A stretch of 64,000 nucleotides of DNA from Candidatus Delongbacteria bacterium (GTDB lineage: Bacteria > UBA4055). A program made the translations under genes and the position numbers. Under the pieces are notes generated by a model. That model searched no databases, was not told the DNA's origin, and saw only the letters and a list, made by a program, of their open reading frames with translations. Below, piece after piece: positions 57,125 to 64,000 of this stretch. Position 1 is the first letter of the stretch, and each line of letters opens with the position of its first letter. The DNA lies in assembly GCA_016938275.1 (NCBI GenBank), contig JAFGUZ010000165.1, positions 15,459-79,458 of the forward strand, read 5' to 3'.

Positions 57125-58494
57125 TGTTACGTGTAGAAAAAATTGGTGGAACATCAATGAGTAGGTTTAAAGAGATACTTCAAAATATTTTTCTCTACGA
57201 AAATAAAATTTACGGGAGAATCTTTGTAGTTTCAGCATACTCAGGAGTTACTGATATTCTGCTTGAAAATAAAAAAAATAATAATCCTGGTGTATTCGGA
57301 GCATTTCCTGACGATGATTATCTCAATAAACTGGATGATGTAGAAAAGAAGCTGAAGGAAATCAATTTTCAGTTCGAAAAGCTAGGCTTAGATATACATA
57401 AAGCAAATTTAGCTATTGAAAATAGAGTTTCAGCAATTGCAGATTATCTGAAAAATTTGGATTCAATTTTGTGCTCAGGATACGTAGAAAAAAACAATAT
57501 CATCCTAACTGCAAGAGAAATTCTTGCGGGTTTGGGAGAATTCCATTCTGCATACAATACGACAGAAATTTTGAAGAGCCATGGAATAAACGCAAAGCTC
57601 ATTGACCTCTCATGTATCAATGATAAAAATAATTATACTGTGGATCAAAGATTGAGAAATTCAGTAAATCTATTCGATCCTGAAATCGAGGTTCCAATCA
57701 TAACCGGTTATGTAAAAGGTGTGGATGGATTAATGAGAGAATTTGACAGAGGTTATTCTGAAATCACCTTCGCAAAAATAGCAGTTTATTCCAATTCAAA
57801 TGAAGCCATCATACACAAAGAATATAATTTATCTTCAGCTGATCCAAAAATAGTTGGAGTATCTAATTGTAAATCCATTAGATATACAAATTATGATGTT
57901 GCCGACCAACTGGCTGATATTGGAATGGAGGCTATCCATCCAAAAGCATCAAAACTATTGGAAAAATCTGGTATTGATTTGATAATTAAAAATAGTTTTA
58001 AACCTGAAGATCATGGTACGATTATCACATCGGAACATAAAAATCAAAATCCCTCCGTTGAAATAATTTCTGGCTGTGACAAAGTTATACTAATCGATGT
58101 TTTTGATTCGGAAATGGTATTAAAAACAGGGTTTGATCTCAATATAATGGAAGAGCTGAAAAGACACAATATTAGTTATATAATGAAATCTACCTCTGCA
58201 AATAGTATCTCCTTTGTGATTCACGAAAAAGATTTTCACTCTGAGCTAATTAAGCAATTATCTATAAACTATGACAAAGTATCTAAAGAAGAAATAGCTA
58301 TTGTGTCAGTGATTGGGGCTAGCCTCAATATTCCAGGAATATTGTTCCAGATAAGTAAATGTATGTTTCATGAAAAAATCAACATTAAAGCAGTCTCAGT
58401 AGCCTATAGTCAAACAAATGTTCAATTTGTAATTTCAAGGGCTAATTACCGAAAGGCGATCATCACTTTAAATAACGAATTCTTCATCAAATGA
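57124..58494 (+). CDS. lysC: aspartate kinase (monofunctional, with C-terminal ACT domains)
   Basis: VEKIGGTSM and VVSAYSGVTD kinase motifs. C-terminal ACT repeats. The start overlaps the lysA stop (TAATG). Confidence 0.8.
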   Translation: MLRVEKIGGTSMSRFKEILQNIFLYENKIYGRIFVVSAYSGVTDILLENKKNNNPGVFGAFPDDDYLNKLDDVEKKLKEINFQFEKLGLDIHKANLAIENRVSAIADYLKNLDSILCSGYVEKNNIILTAREILAGLGEFHSAYNTTEILKSHGINAKLIDLSCINDKNNYTVDQRLRNSVNLFDPEIEVPIITGYVKGVDGLMREFDRGYSEITFAKIAVYSNSNEAIIHKEYNLSSADPKIVGVSNCKSIRYTNYDVADQLADIGMEAIHPKASKLLEKSGIDLIIKNSFKPEDHGTIITSEHKNQNPSVEIISGCDKVILIDVFDSEMVLKTGFDLNIMEELKRHNISYIMKSTSANSISFVIHEKDFHSELIKQLSINYDKVSKEEIAIVSVIGASLNIPGILFQISKCMFHEKINIKAVSVAYSQTNVQFVISRANYRKAIITLNNEFFIK

Positions 58495-58530
58495 AAGCTA
58501 GATTTCGATATAAAAATAATTGAAAAAAAC

Positions 58531-58562
58531 TTTGCAAATTTTGTAATTAATTCTTATATTTG
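58531..58562 (+). promoter_or_regulatory. Bacteroidetes-type sigmaA promoter (-33 TTTG, 20 nt, -7 TAtaTTTG) for the rplM-rpsI operon
   Basis: TTTG at 58531-58534 and TATATTTG at 58555-58562 match the FCB-group consensus TTTG-N19-21-TAnnTTTG. Confidence 0.45.
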
Positions 58563-58671
58563 CAAGCTGTAATTATGTACCGAATTGGTAGATTCGGTTG
58601 AGAACCAAACTCTCATGATACCCGGAATTGATTGGGAGAGCGGAGAAAAACTGAATAATTGAGGAGATCTA

Positions 58672-59100
58672 ATGAAAACTTTCAGTCAAAGAAAAGAAGA
58701 TATCGAGAGAAAATGGTATCTTGTTGATGCAGAAGGTCTAACACTAGGTAGAGTTGCTACTAAGATTGCCAGACTACTTATCGGAAAACATAAGCCTACT
58801 TACACACCTCACATTGATGGTGGAGATTTTGTTGTAGTTGTTAACAGTGAGAAAATTGTTCTTACTGGTAGTAAAGAAAATCAAAAAACTTATTTCAGTT
58901 ACTCCGGATACATTGGTGGAGATAAGCATACTTCAGTATCTGAAATGAGAGACAAACACCCTGACAGAATTATTTCTAAAGCTGTAAAGGGAATGCTTCC
59001 AAAAAATAAACTTCAGTCTAACAGAATGACTAGACTAAAAGTTTTTGTTGGTCCGGAGCATATCCATCAAGCACAGCAACCAGAAAAATTAAACGTTTAA
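58672..59100 (+). CDS. rplM: 50S ribosomal protein L13
   Basis: MKTFSQRKEDIERKWYLVDAEG...LGRVATKIA. Confidence 0.97.
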   Translation: MKTFSQRKEDIERKWYLVDAEGLTLGRVATKIARLLIGKHKPTYTPHIDGGDFVVVVNSEKIVLTGSKENQKTYFSYSGYIGGDKHTSVSEMRDKHPDRIISKAVKGMLPKNKLQSNRMTRLKVFVGPEHIHQAQQPEKLNV

Positions 59101-59124
59101 TTAAGAAAAACAGGGTAATTTACT

Positions 59125-59526
59125 ATGAAAATAAACAAACAAGGTCACTATACAGCTACAGGTAGAAGAAAGACTTCTACTGCAAGAGTAAGGCTTATTC
59201 CAGGTACTGGTAAAATGTTAGTTAACAAAAGAGAAAGTCTTGAATACTTCAAGAAAAAACTTCTTGTTATGGATTTAGAGCAACCATTGGCTAAAACTGA
59301 AACATTATCAAAATACGATGTATTCGTTAATGTTAGAGGTGGCGGACTTTCTGGTCAAGCTGGTGCAACTAGACTTGGTATCGCAAGAGCACTTGTTCTT
59401 ATCGATGCTGAAAACAAACCTCTTTTGAAAGAAAATGGATTCTTGACAAGAGACTCAAGAATGAAAGAAAGAAAGAAATACGGTATGGCTGGTGCTAGAA
59501 AAAGATTCCAGTTCTCTAAACGTTAA
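59125..59526 (+). CDS. rpsI: 30S ribosomal protein S9
   Basis: [19 protein letters not shown]...[12 protein letters not shown]...KRFQFSKR. Confidence 0.97.
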   Translation: MKINKQGHYTATGRRKTSTARVRLIPGTGKMLVNKRESLEYFKKKLLVMDLEQPLAKTETLSKYDVFVNVRGGGLSGQAGATRLGIARALVLIDAENKPLLKENGFLTRDSRMKERKKYGMAGARKRFQFSKR

Positions 59527-59658
59527 TACTTTCTTTAAAACTGTAAAAAATTTCGAATTCAGACTGAAGGTTCGGGTGTATGAAGAGATCATACCAGCCT
59601 GATGAGTGAAGAATTCGGAAGGGAGATAATCCCAAAACCCGTAAATTTAGGAGATTAA

Positions 59659-60474
59659 ATGGCAAGAGTAACTGCTAATCAGCTTTTGTTAGCCGGTGCA
59701 CATTTTGGTCACTTGGCTAAAAGATGGAACCCAAAAATGAGACAATACATTTTTGCTAAGAAAAAAGGTATCCATATTCTTGATCTTAAAAAAACTGTTG
59801 TTAAACTTGAAGAAGCTTGCAACGAAGCTATGAGAATTGTAAGCAAGAGAGGTAAAATTCTTTTTGTTGGTACAAAAGCACAAGCAAAAGATCTTTTAAG
59901 ATCTGAAGCTGAAAGATGCGGAATGAACTACGTAACTGAAAGATGGTTGGGTGGTTTCCTTACTAATTTCCAAACTATCAGAAAATCTGTTAGAACAATG
60001 GAAGAGATCGAGAAAAAAGCTGTTGATGGCACTTACGACAAATTATCAAAAAAAGAGATAATTGTTGTTGAAAAAGACAAAGAAAAATTACAGAGAATTC
60101 TTGAAGGTGTAAGAACAATGAAAATGCTTCCTAATGCTCTTTTTGTTGTTGACACTGTTAAAGAACATATCGCTATAAAAGAAGCTAAAAAACTTGGTAT
60201 TCCTATTATCGCTTTAGTAGATACCAATTCTGACCCGGATGATGTTGATTTCCCTATTCCGGCAAATGATGATGCTTTTAAATCAATCGGACTAATTACA
60301 AAAATCTTCAGTGATGCAATAGTTGAAGCTAGTCAGGTTGCTAAGATTGTTCAGCAGGATGAAAAAGAAGAAGCAGTTGAAGACAGAAAGCCTAAGAGAA
60401 GAGTTCCTAAGAGACCTGTTAGAAAAGATGACGACTCTGTAGATACTGAATCTGATAATCACGAAGAACAATAA
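59659..60474 (+). CDS. rpsB: 30S ribosomal protein S2
   Basis: LLAGAHFGHLAKRWNPKM N-terminus. Acidic/basic C-terminal tail. Confidence 0.97.
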   Translation: MARVTANQLLLAGAHFGHLAKRWNPKMRQYIFAKKKGIHILDLKKTVVKLEEACNEAMRIVSKRGKILFVGTKAQAKDLLRSEAERCGMNYVTERWLGGFLTNFQTIRKSVRTMEEIEKKAVDGTYDKLSKKEIIVVEKDKEKLQRILEGVRTMKMLPNALFVVDTVKEHIAIKEAKKLGIPIIALVDTNSDPDDVDFPIPANDDAFKSIGLITKIFSDAIVEASQVAKIVQQDEKEEAVEDRKPKRRVPKRPVRKDDDSVDTESDNHEEQ

Positions 60475-60487
60475 ACCGGAGATAACA

Positions 60488-61324
60488 ATGGCTGAAATTA
60501 CTGCTAAAATGGTTGCAGACTTAAGAAAAAGTACCGGTGCTGGTATGATGGACTGTAAAAAAGCCCTAAGTGAAGCTAATGGTGACTTTGACGAAGCTGT
60601 AAGAGTATTGAGAGAAAAGGGACAAGCTAAAGCTGCAAAAAGATTGGGTAATGAAACTAAAGAAGGTAGAATGTTTGCAAAAGTTTCTGAATGCGGAAAA
60701 ACTGCTGCAATGATTTCTCTTACTTGTGAAACAGAACCTGTTGCTGGAGTTACCGAATTTGTTAGTTTTGGTGAAAAAGTTATTGAAACAGTTTTCAATA
60801 ATGAAGATTTATCAATTCATGATGCTGAACTTACTGAGATAAGAGCAGCTTTAGGTGAAAATATCACTATTAAAGAAAACATTCGTATGGAAGGTGATCT
60901 TGTTGAAAGCTACATACACACTAATAAAAAAGTTGGTGTACTTCTAACACTTTCTATTGAGAATAATGAAATGGCTTCAAATGACGATGTTAAAGAGCTT
61001 GCAAAAAATTTAACTCTTCAAATTGCTTCTCTAGCTCCAAAATCAGTTGGAAGAGAAGATCTTGATCCAAAATATGTTGAAGAAGAAAAAGAAATTCTTA
61101 TCGTACAATTGAAAGAAGATCCTAAGAATGCTAATAAACCTCGTGAAATTCTAGAGAAAATTGTTGAAGGTAGATTAGGTAAGATCTTTGCTGAAGCGTG
61201 TCTTCTTGAACAAGAGTACGTTAAAGAAAAAATGCAGGTAAGAGAACTTGTTGAAAGCATTTCCAAAAAAGTTGGAACTACTGTTAAAGTTGAAAAATTC
61301 GTCAGATATCAAATTGGTGGTTAA
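60488..61324 (+). CDS. tsf: translation elongation factor Ts
   Basis: LRKSTGAGMMDCKKAL UBA-like N-terminus. Confidence 0.95.
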   Translation: MAEITAKMVADLRKSTGAGMMDCKKALSEANGDFDEAVRVLREKGQAKAAKRLGNETKEGRMFAKVSECGKTAAMISLTCETEPVAGVTEFVSFGEKVIETVFNNEDLSIHDAELTEIRAALGENITIKENIRMEGDLVESYIHTNKKVGVLLTLSIENNEMASNDDVKELAKNLTLQIASLAPKSVGREDLDPKYVEEEKEILIVQLKEDPKNANKPREILEKIVEGRLGKIFAEACLLEQEYVKEKMQVRELVESISKKVGTTVKVEKFVRYQIGG

Positions 61325-61336
61325 TAGTTTCAAAAA

Positions 61337-61372
61337 AAGGCTTTGAGTACTCAAAGCCTTTTTTATTTTCTT
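61337..61372 (+). terminator. rho-independent terminator after tsf (palindrome AAGGCTTTGAGTACTCAAAGCCTT + T-run)
   Basis: 10-11-bp perfect stem followed by TTTTTTATTTT. Confidence 0.8.
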
Positions 61373-61499
61373 TTTTTTCAATTGATTCAATAATTTTATT
61401 ATAGATAAACAGATGAGTATTGAAATTGAACATATTATAGAGACTAACAATGAAGCTCATGCTATTTAAACAACACCGTTTTTTTGAAATGGAGATAAT

Positions 61500-62207
61500 A
61501 TGACTAAATATAAAAGAGTATTGTTAAAACTTTCTGGTGAAGCACTTGCAGGTGAAGCTGGTTATGGAATTGATCCTGATGTTATGAAAAAAACAGCTGA
61601 AGAAGTAAAAAAAGTGTACAATTTAGGTGCAGAAATCGGAATCGTAGTTGGTGGTGGGAATATTTTTAGAGGACTTTCGGAGCATGCCGCAAATATGGAT
61701 AGAGTTCAAGCCGATCAAATGGGTATGTTAGCCACTATTATGAACTCGATAGCTCTTCAAAATGCTTTGGAGAGAGCTGGAATTGAAACTATAATTCAAA
61801 GTGCAATTCAAATGGATTCTATTGCAGAACCTATTGTTACTAGAAAAGCAATAAGACATTTTTCAAAAGGAAGAGTGGTAATTTTTGCAGGTGGAACAGG
61901 AAATCCATATTTTACAACAGATACAGCAGCAACTTTAAGAGCCCGTGAAATTAATGCAGATGTAATTATAAAAGCCACTAAAGTTGATGGTATTTATGAT
62001 TCAGATCCTATGAAAAATAAAGATGCAATAAAGTTTGATGAGATAAGTTATATAGAAGTTCTAAACAGAAATTTAAGAGTAATGGATACTACTGCTATTA
62101 GTTTTTGTATGGAAAATGATATGGTAATCGGTGTCGTAAATCTTCTAAAAGATGGTGAATTGGAAAGATTTATCAGAGGAGAAAAAACAGGCTCTGTTGT
62201 TAGATAA
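61500..62207 (+). CDS. pyrH: UMP kinase
   Basis: RVLLKLSGEAL, VVGGGNIFRG and FAGGTGNPYFTTDTAA motifs. Confidence 0.95.
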   Translation: MTKYKRVLLKLSGEALAGEAGYGIDPDVMKKTAEEVKKVYNLGAEIGIVVGGGNIFRGLSEHAANMDRVQADQMGMLATIMNSIALQNALERAGIETIIQSAIQMDSIAEPIVTRKAIRHFSKGRVVIFAGGTGNPYFTTDTAATLRAREINADVIIKATKVDGIYDSDPMKNKDAIKFDEISYIEVLNRNLRVMDTTAISFCMENDMVIGVVNLLKDGELERFIRGEKTGSVVR

Positions 62208-62218
62208 TGGTAAACATA

Positions 62219-62245
62219 AAAGCCCCGAATATCGGGGCTTTTTAC
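62219..62245. terminator. bidirectional rho-independent terminator (AAGCCCCGA-ata-TCGGGGCTT + T4)
   Basis: 9-bp perfect GC-rich stem between convergent pyrH (+) and sppA (-). Confidence 0.75.
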
Positions 62246-62253
62246 TTAAATGG

Positions 62254-64000
62254 CTACTTAACATTTACTTCATAAGGTAAAATAACAGCAGCTTTCTCAC
62301 CATTATCTGAGATAGCTTTTAGTACTGACATCTTATCCATGCTTTCCCTTATATCTTCTGGCAGTGCTCTAAAAAATACACTATTTGCAAAATCTGAAAT
62401 TGTAAAGCTACCGGATCTCGTATAGAACTTATATTCTAAATCATCTTCATCAATTCCACTCATTTTTGCAGCATATTTTACAGCCTCTTCCAATCCTCCA
62501 ATTTCATCTACTAATCCATTTTCTTTAGCATCGATACCAGACCATACTCTTCCCTGTCCAAGTTCATCAACTTGCTCAGTAGTCATATTTCTTGATTTTG
62601 CTACAAGATCAATGAATCTATCATAAATTTTTTCAATACTGTTCTGAAGTAATTGTTTTTCATCTTCACTAAGTTTATGCATTCCAAGTAGACCATCTCC
62701 ACTTTGGATTGAATATTTGTTTTGACTGATTTTTGCGAAATTTAAACCAAGAGTTGTATATAAACTATCAAGGTTGGGAACCATTCCAAAAACACCTATA
62801 GAACCTGTAAGAGTTGAGTTGTTAGCAAAAATTCTATCTGACTGGGTTGATATCCAGTATCCGCCAGAAGCAGCCATACCTCCCATTGATATTATAACTG
62901 GTTTTTTATCAACTTCTCTTGCTAACTGGAGCTCACGAAGGATAATATCTGATGCAAGGGCACTACCACCACCAGAATCGATCCTAAATACTATGGCCTT
63001 AACATTTTTATCAGTTCTTGCAGCTTTAATGAGTTCAGCAGTAGTCTTACTTCCCATAGTTTGTCCACCAAACATGCTTTCACTACTATTTCCTGTCACT
63101 ATACTGCCTGTAGCATAGACAATGGCTACTTTTTTGTCAGTTATTGAATCCCACTTGTATTGCTTATCTGAAAATGCAAAATAGAAATTCTCATCAATAA
63201 GCATTGATCCCTTTTTTATATCATTAGTTATTGTAGAATCAACTTGATCTTCATATAGCAATCCATCAACGAGTTTATTCTTTAGAGCTTCATCGCCTTC
63301 TAAATATGGATTTGTATCCATTATAGAATTTATCTCTTCAATACTGATATTTCTAGCTTTTGAAATACCATTTTTTAATACATCGGAATAGGCCTTTAAC
63401 ATTTGATTTAACTGCTCATAATTCTCAGGACTTATGTTCTCTCTGATAAATGGCTCTACTGCAGATTTGAATTTTCCATGACGTATCGCCTGCATTTCTA
63501 TACCGAATTTATCCAATAAACCTTTAAAAAAGACCATCTCCATTCCTATTCCATTCAAAGTAACAGATCCCATTGGGTACATGTAAATCTTATCTGCCAA
63601 TGAAGTCAAATAATAACCTGCTTGAGATTCGTTAACAATATATGCTGTTATTTTTTTCCCTTTTGCTTTAAACTTTTCTAATTCAGCCCTGATCTCTTCC
63701 TTTGCAGCAAATGACATTGAATGCCCGTGATCGATCAAATGAATTCCGGCAATCTCAGGATCTTCTGAAAGTCTCCTAATTTTCTCTTTTAACTCAACTA
63801 CTGTGCTTCCTGACTGTCCACCGGTGATTAAACTCATGAAATTAAAACCAGGTTTTTCTTCTCTATAAGTACCGGCTAGATTTAACTTCACGATTTTAGA
63901 GTCTGGAATTTTTATTAAGTTGTGTACTTTTTCTGTTCCACCCTTAAAATAATAACTAAACGAACCTGTTTCTGTTTCATCAACATAGTCAAAAGTCGAA
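62254..64000 (-). CDS. sppA: signal peptide peptidase SppA (protease IV, 67K two-domain type); the 5' end runs off the window
   Basis: S49 motifs including GGMAASGGYWIS. The reading frame stays open from the annotated GTG at 63891 to coordinate 64000 (…FDYVDETETGSFSYYFKGGTEKVHNLIKIPDSKIVKLNLAG…). The true start therefore lies beyond the window. Confidence 0.85.
   Translation of the reverse strand, partial: STFDYVDETETGSFSYYFKGGTEKVHNLIKIPDSKIVKLNLAGTYREEKPGFNFMSLITGGQSGSTVVELKEKIRRLSEDPEIAGIHLIDHGHSMSFAAKEEIRAELEKFKAKGKKITAYIVNESQAGYYLTSLADKIYMYPMGSVTLNGIGMEMVFFKGLLDKFGIEMQAIRHGKFKSAVEPFIRENISPENYEQLNQMLKAYSDVLKNGISKARNISIEEINSIMDTNPYLEGDEALKNKLVDGLLYEDQVDSTITNDIKKGSMLIDENFYFAFSDKQYKWDSITDKKVAIVYATGSIVTGNSSESMFGGQTMGSKTTAELIKAARTDKNVKAIVFRIDSGGGSALASDIILRELQLAREVDKKPVIISMGGMAASGGYWISTQSDRIFANNSTLTGSIGVFGMVPNLDSLYTTLGLNFAKISQNKYSIQSGDGLLGMHKLSEDEKQLLQNSIEKIYDRFIDLVAKSRNMTTEQVDELGQGRVWSGIDAKENGLVDEIGGLEEAVKYAAKMSGIDEDDLEYKFYTRSGSFTISDFANSVFFRALPEDIRESMDKMSVLKAISDNGEKAAVILPYEVNVK

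Noticed and set aside
1-64000. CRISPR arrays, tRNA, rRNA, tmRNA or SRP RNA genes.
   Set aside because: No regularly spaced direct repeats were seen. No GC-rich cloverleaf-sized blocks or GGTTCGAATCC-type T-arms were seen in intergenic regions. The only GTTCGAACC occurrence (~655) is inside the ORF1 coding sequence.

Overview
This is a strongly AT-rich, densely coded chromosomal segment of about 56 CDS, mostly on alternating co-directional blocks. The lineage looks like an anaerobic member of the FCB superphylum (Bacteroidota/Ignavibacteriota/Cloacimonadota-like). The evidence is: a protein with a type-IX-secretion C-terminal sorting domain (42731-43465); a Bacteroidetes-style -33 TTTG / -7 TAnnTTTG promoter upstream of rplM; the gene order rplM-rpsI-rpsB-tsf-pyrH; and rpoN, an [FeFe]-hydrogenase and a methylmalonyl-CoA-type carboxyltransferase. 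No rRNA, tRNA, CRISPR array, IS element or prophage was recognised. Housekeeping content includes prfA, rpoN, ftsY, nadK, lysA-lysC, rplM-rpsI-rpsB-tsf-pyrH, sppA, nfo, tsaC, asnB and an htrA-type protease. The most unusual region is 2.6-9.4 kb. There an [FeFe]-hydrogenase catalytic subunit carries a Cys->Ser replacement in the H-cluster L1 motif (TSCSPGW instead of TSCCPGW). It is paired with a NuoF-like flavoprotein whose NuoE-like domain has a degenerate Cys pattern. The pair is bracketed by a hybrid PAS histidine kinase and a stand-alone receiver, and preceded by a 490-bp leader. Other noteworthy items are: an 810-aa protein fusing a transposase-type HTH to a long TPR array; a WYL-domain regulator (YafY/BrxR/CapW-like) directly upstream of a small zinc-ribbon gene; an M23 peptidase and bactofilin pair overlapping by 91 nt; a candidate attenuator hairpin upstream of lysA-lysC; an RseC-like protein overlapped with a UbiA prenyltransferase; an asnB/asparaginase/fRMsr operon; and two near-identical palindromic terminator elements.
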